Shown here: piece after piece, positions 26,682 through 38,939 of the stretch
How the letters are laid out: every line of letters begins with the position of its first letter
Position numbering within the stretch: the stretch's first letter is position 1
Assembly (NCBI GenBank): GCA_043228905.1
Contig: JBHGNT010000049.1
Location: forward strand, 119,105 to 183,104
Origin: Azolla caroliniana
Lineage: Eukaryota; Plantae; Polypodiophyta
Direction: 5' to 3'
Length of the DNA: 64,000 bases
Notes under the pieces: generated by a model
The model's input: only the letters and a program-made list of their open reading frames with translations
Told to the model about the DNA's origin: nothing
Database searches by the model: none
Translations under genes and position numbers: made by a program

Positions 26682-29600
26682 TGTTGAGAATCAAACTCAA
26701 CTTCCCGTGTGTGGGAACACACTCTAGGATACTCAAGTGTGTGACCACCCCACCTCCTTGTATAGTAACTAGTGTGTCATAGAAGTTAATATCCTATGAC
26801 ACATTCTTTAAGTAGTTAAGACCCGACCTCTTTCCCAAGAGGTGACTCTTGTGAGAGAACCTAGAGAGAAGGTGACTACATAAGCACCTTCTCCTTCTCT
26901 TTGTAGTAGTTGGCTCAATCTTGCTCCTTGTTAATACAATTTTTCTGTTTTTCTGTAACTCTTGAGTTCTCTCTCACTCACTCACTCTCTCTCCACACAT
27001 ACACACACACCCCTTCCAATGCACAAAATCATCATCGATTCTTTACATGGTATTAGAGCGCTTAGTAGCTTGATCCAAGCCCATCGCCTTTACGTGTGTT
27101 GTGCCCAAGCCCACGCTCGGAAAGAATTGATTGATCGTTTTAGCAACAATCTACACAGTTCATATCAAAGAGAAGAAGAAGCTCGACATGAACACTCAGA
27201 TGGGAAGCACTCTTCCTACCAATAGAAACAACTTTGCATCTTGGGAGTACAAGATCCACCAATACCTTGTCGGCCAAGGCTATTGGAGTTATGTCGAAGG
27301 AGCAAACGAAAATCAACCCAACCCAACACATGCCAACTACCCAGCTTGGGAGCAAGCAGTGAGTCGTGTGTTGTACTGCCTTGCATCATGTGTCCATGAT
27401 CACATGCTTGGCTACATCTGAGAGGCCAAAACGCCGAAGTTGGCATGGGGGAACCTCAAGAAGATCTTCACAGCCAACACGATCGCAAGAAAGCTTCAAC
27501 TCCGTCAAGAGTTGAACGATATACAATAGAGGGACATGTCAATCGACAACTACACCTTGATGATCAAGGAACTATGCGATGACCTCGGGTCGATCAATGT
27601 TAGCATTGACGATGATGAAGTGGTGCAGATTTGCCTCGGAGGCTTAACACCTCGGTTCGGAGCCATTTTGTTGGTAGTCCTCGTGAGGGAGAATCCTCCC
27701 TCCGTCAATCCCCAATCGATGCTATTGGTCGAGGAGAATCATGTTCGAACAAAAAGCAATGCGCAAGAAGGACACTTGCGCTATTCGAACTTCAATGGAG
27801 GAAGAGGACAAGGTCGTGGAAGAAAGGTTGATTCAACCAAGGCCGACACAACCAAGAGCAACCCTGAGAACATAACTTCTACTACCGACAAGATGTTTCG
27901 AACGCGCGAGGTGGAGCGTCCGGAAGAAGGGGGAGCAATCATGCCGAACCGAGCTGACAAAACAATTCCACCCAGTGTAGATATTGTGGTAAATTCGGTC
28001 ACTATGAGGCAGAGTGTCGGAAAAAAAAGAGTGAGTTCGCCTCCACAAGCCGACAACTCACCAACTACACCTCAAACTCCAACTACGACAATCGTGGTGG
28101 AATGTTGATGATGTGACACAGAGCGAATTCGATGACGACATCATGTCTGACAGCCACCTCCAACTCGGAAAATGTATGGTTTGTCAATTCGGGTGTATCC
28201 AATCACATGACATCTCATGAAGATTGGTTTCGAGAGCTACGAAAGCCTGAACGGGAATCATACCTACATTCGGCATGTGGAAACTAGGGATGACACAATT
28301 CACCCCATTTGGCATGTCGGAAATGTCCCGTTCGGCAAAGAAGGGAATCTGACCTACATCAAGAACGTCTTGCATGTTCCAACTATAACAAAGAACCTGG
28401 TCTCGGTCGGTTAGATCGTGGAACAAGGCATGCAAGTTCAATTCAACGATAGTGGCTGCTTCATCAAAAAGGAAGGCCGAATTATTGCTCGCAATCGAAG
28501 AGAAGACCAAATGTTCATTCTCAATTCTCACGAGATGAAATTGACAATGTATGCCAAGGGCCGAAAGGCCGACACTGACGTAGAGTTGTGGCACAAACGA
28601 ATTGGCCCCATTAACCTCCAAAAGCTCAAAGGAATGCAATCGAAAGGAGTCTTCATCAGACTTCCGGCTTTTACCGAAAAGGAGAGTACAAGCGCATGTG
28701 AAGGCTACCAGTTCAACAAACAACATCGTCAACCATTCCCGAAAGAGAGGAACGTGAGCAAAGGGATCCTGGATGTAATACATTCAAATGTGTGGGGACC
28801 AGCCCAAACAACAACATTTAGTGGTTGCCAATATTATGTGATGTTCATCGACAATTTCTCGAGGCGTATACCTGGATCTACCCCATGTCCCAGAAGAGTG
28901 AAGTGTTCTCGCACTTCCAGAAATTCAAGAACAAAGTCGAAAAGGAAACCAATCGTCATGTACGATGCCTTCAATTGGACGGGGGCAAAGAGTACTTCTC
29001 CGACGCCTTTACAACATACCTTCGACAAGAGGAAATCCAGCAAGACTTTACATGCCAACACACAACTCAGCATAACGGAGTAGTTGAACACAAGAACCAG
29101 CACATACTCGAGGTGGCAAGGGCAATGATAGACGAGAAACATATTGGGTTGAAGCGGCAAATACGGCCTTTATCTGATGAATCGTTGCACAACATCAGGA
29201 GTACACGATCTTACCCCCCATGAGAGGTTCTATGAAAAGAAACTGGATCTATCCCACGTCAGGATATTCGGTTCAATAGCACATGTATATATTCCCGACG
29301 AGAAGCGGCAGAAGCTTAATCCCAAGACGGAGAAATGTATACTCGTAGGGTACTCACTTGAGCAAAAAGGGTATAAGTGCTTCAACCCTTCCACCAAGAA
29401 GGTACGAGTGAGTAGGGATGTCGTATTCGACGAGTCGGCATCCTGGTATATAGTCGAATCAGCCCCATCCGACACAGTCGAAACCGAGTTTGACACATGC
29501 GGATGAGGATGATCGATCGAGTTTCACATCAGAGGAAAGTCCAATCTCAACCAGGTTGAGTAGACCACAAGAGCCTCCGAGCAACCAAAGCACGTCGCGG

Positions 29601-32181
29601 CCGAGTCGGAAAGGCCAAAATGCTTGAGTACGAAGACTCAAATACAAAACAAATCGGACCACTCACCCAATAGTGAGCATGGTGGACTAGATGTGCCATC
29701 ATGAGGACACCAAGAGAACCACGTCGCTCCACCTGAGAGAAGAAGGTAGTCAGCCGATTCGGCTACAATGACTACATGGCATATCATTATGCATTCATGA
29801 TGAAGGTGGCGACAATCCAAGAGCCGGAAACCTTTTCCGAAGCTGTTAAATACCCACGATGGGTTGAAGTGAGGAATGAGGAGATGCAAGCCCTCTCTTG
29901 AAACGCAACATGGGATCTCGTCCCCTCTTCACACCGGTTACCCGTAGGAGTTGTACGGGGCGGTATAAGGGTAAAACACGTTAAAGGGGTTGTTTGGCAT
30001 GTGTAATGTATATGAGTGTGAGGATGAGTATGTGTGAGCACATGCACAATTATGTGCATGTGACAAGAATGTAACGGTCTCTTTTTGTAACAGACATATT
30101 ATTTACCGTTACATTATGTATTATATAAACACCTTATGGGGCATGTAATGAAGATAGTTTTGTCCCCTTTCATTTGGTGTCATTTCCTATTTGTCTTTCT
30201 CTTTTGCTCTCTCTCTAACTTAACCCCCTTGGGAGGGGGTGAAGCCATTCTAGGTTTCACCCCCCACCCATCAACAACACCATCAATAGGCAATCGGATG
30301 TCAATGGATATACAAGATGAAGCACAATGCCGATGGCACCATCAATAGGTATAAGGCTCGGCTTGTTGCCAAAGGGTATGCACAGACCCATGGGGTTGAT
30401 TACGAAGATGGCAAAGATTACTACAATTCGAACTGTGATCACGCTTGCAGCAGCAAGAGGGTGGCACCTCCACCAAATGGACGTGAAGAACACCTTCCTC
30501 GAACGCGAGTTAGAAGAGGTGTACATGATATAACCGCTGGATTCGGGTCAACCATGCATCCGACTGTTGTCTGCCAACTCAAAAAGCCTCTCTACGGTCT
30601 CAAGCAGGCACCGAGAGCATGATTTTTGAAGATAACACAATATCTTCACTAAATCAGCTTTCGAATGTCCAAGTTCGACAATTCTCTGTTCATCCCGAAC
30701 GACTCCAGAGGACAACTATTTATCATAATTTATGTGGACGACCTGGTGATTGGAGGAGAACACTTCGGGGACATCGAACATACCAAAAGGCCACTCTCCA
30801 TCATATTTAAAATGACTAATATGAAGGAGCTCCATTGCCTTCTAGGAATAGAAGTAATTCGGACCCCCGATGGCATCATCATCTCCCAATGACATTATAT
30901 CCTTGATCTTCTCTTCAAGTTTGGGATGACAAAGTGTAAGCTCGTCACTACCCCTCTCGATCGCAACCTAAAGCTAGATGCCGACTCCGGCACATGAGAG
31001 TGTGAGTTGACACTCTATCGACAGCTAGTCGGAAGCCTCACCTACCTCACAATTACCTGACCCAGCCTAAGTTACCCGATCAACCTCCTTATCCGGTTCA
31101 TGCAAACTTGCGAGACATCCATACTGACTGTGTCAAGCGAGTGCTCAAGTATGTGAGTGGAACCATGGATTTCGGCATCCTCTACAAATCGGCCACACTA
31201 ATACAACTCGAAGGGTACATAACTGCTAACTGGGCCTTCTGCAAAGCTAACAGATGATCAACCTCAGGGTTAGCCTTCTCCCTCAATAGTGGAGCCATCT
31301 CCTGGAGCAGCAAAAAGCAGCCGACAGTCGCACTGTTGAGCACAAAGGCTGAATACAGGGGCACGGTAGTTGTCGCCTTTGAAGTTGTTTGGTTGAAATG
31401 AATATTGAAGGATCTGGGCATTCCCATATCATATATGATTATCCTCTACTGCGACAATATGAGCAATGTTCACCTAGATTGGAACCCAGTTTTCCACGCT
31501 CGGACCAAGCACATCGAAATGCACTATCACTTCATCCGAGAACGTGTTCTGGCCGAGGATGTCGACCTGCAACAGGCCTGCAACACATCAACACGAACCT
31601 GTAGATGGCTGAAATCATCACCAGGGCCTTGGGAGTAGACAAGTTGCAGTAGTTCACGACGAACCTAGGTCTTTCGACTATAAACCAGTCGCGCTTGAGG
31701 GGGAGTAAGGAGCACCAGGAGTGAACCGGCCATTCGATGCCGAAGCCGTAGTCGACTCAAAGCCGACCCAAAGACCAGTCTGAACCAACCACCCACCGAT
31801 CGGAAGTTGTGTTTGAAGGGGTGTGTTGAGAATCAAACTCAACTTCCCATGTGTGGGAACACACGCTAGGATACTCAAGTGTGTGACCACCCCACCTCCT
31901 TGTATAGTAACTAGTGTGGCATAGAAGTTAATATCCTATGACACATATTCTTTAAGTAGTTAAGACTCGAACTCTTTCCCAAGAGGCGACTCTAGTGAGA
32001 GAACCTAGAGAGAAGGTGACTACATAAGCACCTTCTCCTTCTCTTTGTAGTAGATGGCTCATTCTTGCTCCTTGTTAATACAGTTTTACTATTTTTCTGT
32101 AACTCTTGAGTTCTCTCTCTCTCTCTCCACACACACACACACAATTCTTCCGTTGCACAGAATCATCACCAATTCTTTACA
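26682..32181 (+). mobile_element. Full-length but decayed Ty1/copia retrotransposon (LTRs 26682-27047, 31824-32181)
   Basis: Paired LTRs TGTTGAG...TTTACA; TSD GGATT/AGATT; PBS TGGTATTAGAGCG; gag-PR-IN-RT (RYKARLVAKG, YVDDL)-RNase H order with many stops and frameshifts; related to the element at 1-2239. Confidence 0.95.
29936..30276. mobile_element. Solo-LTR-like insertion (341 bp) in the Copia RT
   Basis: TSD ACACC at 29931-29935 and 30277-30281; ends GGTT...AACA; removal restores WDLVPSSHHQ*AIGC. Confidence 0.7.
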
Positions 32182-32750
32182 AGATTAAACCAATCCATAA
32201 AGGAGGAGATAACAATTTGGTACACAACTATCGAACTAGCATGGTTAGTTCAATTATGTCCAAGTTATATATCATTATTATGGAGCAAATGATTAGCTCA
32301 TGGGTTGCACATCATCACAAACAAGATCTTGGTCAAGCAGGCTTTAGACCAAAATATTCAATTATAGATCATTTGGTTACACTAAGAGTTATCATTGAAG
32401 AAAGTGGTTTTCAAGGGGAAACGTTATATTGTTGTTTTGTGGGCTTCAAGAAAGCCTTTGACACCATATCAACAAGTGAGCTTTGCTCAAGAATGATAGA
32501 CATCACAATACCATTAGAGTATAGAGCAACTATAGCACGATCATATGAGCAAGTTAGTGCCAACTTGAAATGAATTGTGGTTTCTCAAAGTACTTCTTGA
32601 GCACATGGGGATCAACCAAGGGTGCCCTCTCTCGTCCACATTTTGCAATACTTAGCTGATGTATCGGACATATTTTGTCCAATAAGTGGGCAAACAATTA
32701 ATGTGGACAAAACAAAAATAATAGCAATAAAGACAATACAACCAAGACAC
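32182..32750 (+). mobile_element. Decayed LINE reverse-transcriptase fragment (continuation of 24750-26681)
   Basis: IKPIHKGGDNNLVHNYRT, QAGFRPKYSIIDHL, CCFVGFKKAFDT, QGCPLS. Confidence 0.85.
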
Positions 32751-33249
32751 TACGCAAGATTTCAAAATTATGGCCCTAATATTGCAGAGAATATCAAAAG
32801 CACCCTCATAGATTGAGAATTATCACTACACACCCTTAATGAAAAGTAAACATGTTAAATTACGTTAATTTATGAAATGTAGCATATATAATAATATTTC
32901 CCAAAATACTAAATAATATAATTCAACTTAACACGTACATAATATTAGAACATGTGCTCAAAAAACATCTAAATTCACTTCAAAAAGACAAACGATTTTG
33001 TATAAAGAACAATGTCAAATGTTATTTGGTTGCACTTTTTTTTTCCAAAAAAAACACTACTTCGCATTAGTTAGCAAACAAAGTACATTAAATTTCAGCA
33101 AAACTCAAGTTGGTCTTCTCACCAAAGTGATCATAGTTCGCACCCCCTCATTTACAACAAAAGTATCCCATCAACTCTTTTAACATGGTAACTACCTTGT
33201 AACACAACCATACATATTTACAACTCCTGGTCACTAATGGGAAGCCATT

Positions 33250-34150
33250 GGTGGAAATAGCCATATGGGTGCTTGGTAGTTCCATTTAGGCCATGATGAT
33301 GATCTGACCACCATAGGAGAACTGCCCCATTTCAGTAGAAACTTTGACCGAGCTCTTTCTGCTTCATCTGATTCCCCCTAAATCGTATTGTATCGTCCTT
33401 GCAGCCAAGATACCAAGTCGAACCATATGTTTAACAACACCTCACTACTTGGGAGCTTGTGTTGTTGAAAACAAACTTACAACGACGGGTCCAAATGTGC
33501 CAGACCATTAAGCAAGCCACCATCATCCATATCTCCTCAAAAAATTCAAAGTTTGTGCCAAGTCAAACTCCAACACATTGAAACACATTGCCACCCTGCA
33601 CTATAAATCCATGATCATGGGGGTTTAACTGTTCCGCCCAACCTTCCCCTGTTAACTTCAGTCCCTGGAAGGACCCCCATACAACTCTCCCATTCACTCC
33701 GCATGTTGCCACGAACGTGAGACTTCTACCCCAAATGCTAATCGCCTCTGCGCAATTCAAAAAATAGTGAGGAATTGATTCCAAAGAGAGTCCACATATC
33801 TTGCAACTAGCCTCCTCACCATGACACCTCAACCACTCCCCCACAAGTACCACCTTAGCCATAAGGTGGATTCTTTGGTTGTGGCAATTCAAAAAACAGT
33901 GAGGAATTGATTCCAAAGAGTGTCCCCATATCTTGCAACTAGCCTCCTCACCACGACACCTCAACCACTCCCCCACAGGTACCACCTTATGGCTAAGAAG
34001 CCACAACCAAAGCTTTATTTTTTCTGGCATATCAAACGCCCATAGTCTCCTCCAAAACGACTTCAACAAGTCACCAGATATGCCCTTATCCCTCCAACTA
34101 TTGCGAGTTTGCGCAACGCCCATTGATTTGGTTATTTGCTTACACTTAGT
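33250..34150 (-). mobile_element. LINE 3' remnant with zf-RVT domain, partly duplicated
   Basis: FWRRLWAFDMPEKIKLWLW...CKI.G.SLESIPH.FLNC present twice. Confidence 0.75.
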
Positions 34151-37100
34151 TGGTGTATTCCATTGTTTTTGTCTTTATCTTTCATTGGACCAATTGAGAT
34201 TTTCTTTACTATATGATAAAACTTGTAAACATATATTGTTGTGGGTCCAATTTCAATGGAAATACATGTGGAGAGCAAAAACTATAAGATTTATGAATAA
34301 GGGTATTGTTTTTGTTAACTAATTTTTTCTGACACGTAAGTTCACTATCACACACAAAAAACATGCAAATATAATAATATCTTAATAGATGTCATTATCT
34401 AGGCCTTAATATATGTATGAAATTATGTATTATGTTTATCTTGAGTGCACATCATTGCCACCAAAAGCATCTAATTCAATATATGTGCTACTTCTTGTTC
34501 CACTTTTTTTTTTCCAAAATTTCTTGTTCCACATTGTATTTGCCTCATTAACACAAGATGAAAGAAGTTACATGTCATTTGAGAAAATGGAAATTGATAT
34601 ATAACATTGTGTATAGTAACCAGAGAGAATATCTTTCGTGTAACATTAGTTTTTCATCAATGTAGACCCCAAGTAGCAAATATATGAGTCATTGCAGCAC
34701 TCGATGCCACAACAACAACTAATCATACACATGACCATTGTACCAAAACATGTTTGGGAAGGCCAACTTCCCATTTGCAACTTACAAATAGAACAATTGT
34801 CATAACTCTCAAACATAAAATATTAACATTTTATATTCCATTTGAAAGTTTTTCCTTCTAGAAAATGAGCTACTTTCCCATTAGTTAGGAGAGATTTTTA
34901 CAAAAAGACTATACAAGATAGCTTATATATAAAGACTATTCCATTTTAAAGTATTGTTTGTGAAGATGTACATGTTGAACTTTCCAAATATCTTAACCCT
35001 AACTAGAAGCAAAGCATCACGAATTGAATTTCTTAGAGCTAGCAAGGAAGCACAAAGCAAAGAGCTTGTGGCCATGAAATTTATGAGTAAAACAGTAAAC
35101 TAGAAGTTTAAATATTGTTTTCTTAATATCATACTTGGTGGCCATTAGAAACTTCATTTAGGAACAATTGCATAACCCAATCTTGAGCAAAGCATGTGAA
35201 GCTAATCATGTGTCACGTTACTCTCAATTGAGAATTAATAAAGAAAAAAGGACTTTGTGAAGTTGATGTTGTGTAACATTGCTTTCAATTGAGAAATAAT
35301 AAAAATTAAGGGGACAATGTAGTTGCCTAATCCAAAGAAATGGGAATATTAATTCATATAACCTTTACTAATGGACGATTATTAATCTTTCTTCTACAAA
35401 AGGGAAGGATAGTTTTATAACATCTTGTGAATAGAGCTTACCTTACACTCAAACAAGTACTCTCATTGGGGAATCCTTTGCTTGGCCAATCCAACTAGTA
35501 AACATTTGTATATTTTTGAATCCATTTATAGTCTTCATCAGCATCCAACATATAAAAACAGTAGATATCTTAGCTATCAATTAGTACTCCCTCCTTGGTT
35601 GCCAATGGTGCAATTTCATGGGGCATCCTTTCATGGTTCAATATTAAGATAATAGTACCCATAAATACATAGCAATTTCTTGTAAGAAATCACAAAACAT
35701 GAATCAAAGATCAAATGTAGTTTCTAATATAAACATAATGACTAGCCATCTTATTCAAAATCTGCATACTAGAACCTCATGACATGTCTCAACATAAGCA
35801 TGGAAAACATGGTTTCCATGTTGAGTTTTACAAAAGAACTCGTAGTGTTCAAGGCAATAAAAATCTCAAAACTTTCTATTACTCTTTATGGAAAAGAATG
35901 ATCTTCCCAAAACCATTCCCCATTTATTCTACGCAATTTAAAGAATTGAGTACAACTCAAGTTTCTCAATTGTTTACCATCTATTTTGTACATCTCGGGA
36001 AAAAGTCGTATTCTTGCAATAGATTTCCTAAAAGACTACAATTATTTTTAGTGATGTTCTAAAAACTTGCATTCCCATTAGTATAACAATGATACTCGAG
36101 GTCAAGACTAGGAGGAGATATATCTAAACTATTAATGGATTTTGTTCAGTTTTTCTAAAAGTACATGTGAAATATATTACAAGACTTTACTTATAATAGC
36201 ACACTAAGGGTCCCTCTTTTGCAAACAAAGTCCACAACATCAAATGCAACAACTGATGAGGCACATGTCCTACGAAACCACAATCTTTATTTGCAATTAT
36301 AGAATTGCTGAAATGTGCATGTAAAAAGATAGGTAAGGTGAGGATTCATAAAGGGGCAAGTTGATTGGACATACTTAAAGCATGTGAGGGTTCTTTTATT
36401 TAAGCACGGATTGGAGATGAGGATGGATGTGGCCATGATGTACAAACACTAAGCCATGTAATGTGTGCCACTTATGATAAGAGAGAAAGTAGCGATATGT
36501 TGTAATGGAAACGAACATGCCACATAATGAGGGTTTTGTTTTTGAACAACCTATATGCAATTACATTGGGCCATGTCATGTACCCCTCATTATCAATGCA
36601 TTCATGTTGAATATCCAAGTCTATATTAAATTCAAATATATCCTCTTTACATATATAAGGAGCCATAAATACATCTAACATCAACATTGTTTCTTCTTAC
36701 ATTTCATCTTTTTTACTTCTAGTTTGTGTCCAAATTTTGGGTTCCGTGTTCTCTTGACCGTGACATTGGAGGGTCCAATTGATAACCTAATTAGAGATAT
36801 CCAATTAGTAGTAGAAGAACCCTCACATGCTTTAAGAGTTTTTAACTATATACCCCTAATTAGAGATATCCAATTAGAGATAACCTATACATATACCCCT
36901 AATTTTTAATCACTTATATATTGATGTCAATAGTTATTCTTATGATTCATGAATGCGGTTGGTTTTATTCTTTTAGAAAGGCGCCTAATGGCTATAGTGA
37001 GATTATCTTTATTATCAGATTACCTTCTCTTTATTATAGGTCAAATATGCCTCATGCCACTTATCCAGAATACAAAGTGGGAATGTTGTACATACGGATT

Positions 37101-38231
37101 GCCCACTCAATAGAGTTTTTTATTAAAAATATGAAAGGTTGTGTAGATTGTGACTCATAGAATTGCAATTTGAAGTGCTCGCAAGGATGTACAACTGCCC
37201 AATATGTATTGCTAAAGTCTAAGGCTCCTAAATCATGGAAACATTCTTTAAGTTTTGATGCTTTGGGCTTTTGTTGACAAAAATTAACGAAAAGGAAGGT
37301 TCAATTTCGTGTTATCTCAATCCTACTCTCATAGACGTGGCCTTATAAGCCTACTTATATTAAGTAATCTAATGTAGCATGTAACAATTTCATGATGTCA
37401 AAAGCCAAATACATAAGCTCTGGATATTTAAATTTTGTGTGGGTAATATTGCTTCTATGCCTTTGTGATAATTTTAAAAATAATTTAAATCATAAGAATG
37501 TGGCAATTTAAAATATTTTGTTGAATACAAATGTGTGCTACTTATCTTCTCATTGAAGAAATATTCATTCCACCTTTACGTATCATTCAATCATCATCAA
37601 ATGAACGTTTCTCTTACGTGACTAGATATAGATCCATATAACAATATTGTCGGTTTCTACGAAGCTTCACATCTTTTCTTTGGTTTGCAGTTGTGAATTT
37701 CAGAAACTTCGTCAGTTGAAAGCATAACCAACTGCCTCAAATAGAATATTGTTAGCAGCACGTAAGGAAGGTGGAAAGGATTAATGATTGAGCACTTTCT
37801 TTCAATGTTACACAATGACTTATGTAGCATTATTATCTAAAGTCTCCGTGTAGAAGGTTCTAAGAAGTTTCCAAGGGTCCTAGCAAAGGGTGTTTCTTTG
37901 TGGAAGAATATGAATAAATTTATATTTAATTGTGCTCCTTTTTAGTTCTTTCTTTAAAATAGACATCTGTTTCTATAGGAAGTTTACACCATGATAAGGA
38001 CATTAAATATAATACCCCAACCAACCTTGTGAAGCTACAAAGAAGTTTCTAAAACTGAATCGAAAAAACTATATATATATATGTGTGTGTATATAAGGGT
38101 ATGGAGAACTTCTTAACACAAGCAATTTGACAAACTTTTCATTCATAAGGGATACATTCAATCCAATTAGAGGAGAGGTGAACTTTATTTAAATACATAT
38201 ATTGAGAGAGTACAAGATTCATATAAAGGAT

Positions 38232-38939
38232 ATGGAGAGCTCTCATAGTGAGATCACACCCGCATCTATGAGAAACATCAAAAAACATGAACCTAACAAT
38301 GTTCTAGAAGAATGGAATCAAAATTTCCGGGAATTAGATGCCAACGGCGACGGGAAGATCTCAGTTGAAGAAGTCCGAAGAGTTGTGATGGTCCTAATGA
38401 AAAATACCGGTGGCAATATTGTAAGTGATGGTTGGCATGAAGCCGCAGAGATGGTCTCAGAAGCCGATCAAGACGGTGATGGATACATTGATTTGGAAGA
38501 ATTCATTGAGTTGAATCGACGCATGTCCATAGACAATGGTCGCTCGCGAATTTTAACTACAAATAGTGTTGATCATGTTGATGAAAAGTTTGATGCAAAT
38601 CATGCACAAGGCAAATATATTGTTGACCGAAGTGACATGACCTCCGAGGATGATAAGGTCCTTGCTGATGCATTCGAGGTGTTCGATACAAATCGTGATG
38701 GGCGTATCACTGCGGAGGAGCTCCATGCGGTACTAGTTGAGCTAGGTGGTATTGGTGAAGGACCAAAGACTTTTGGTGCCATGGGTACTACTTCAACATC
38801 AACATCCACATCATCTGGTTCTACTAACACAACATCGATGCAAGAATGTCGTCGTATGATCCGTGCAGTGGATCGGAAGGGGGATGGCTATGTTGACTTC
38901 CACGACTTCAAACGCATGATGTCCATGATCATGCCATGA
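38232..38939 (+). CDS. Calmodulin-like (CML) EF-hand protein, intronless, 235 aa
   Basis: Four EF-hand loops: DANGDGKISVEE, DQDGDGYIDLEE, DTNRDGRITAEE, DRKGDGYVDFHD. First ATG at 38232; TATA-like sequence at ~38070-38097. Confidence 0.9.
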   Translation: MESSHSEITPASMRNIKKHEPNNVLEEWNQNFRELDANGDGKISVEEVRRVVMVLMKNTGGNIVSDGWHEAAEMVSEADQDGDGYIDLEEFIELNRRMSIDNGRSRILTTNSVDHVDEKFDANHAQGKYIVDRSDMTSEDDKVLADAFEVFDTNRDGRITAEELHAVLVELGGIGEGPKTFGAMGTTSTSTSTSSGSTNTTSMQECRRMIRAVDRKGDGYVDFHDFKRMMSMIMP

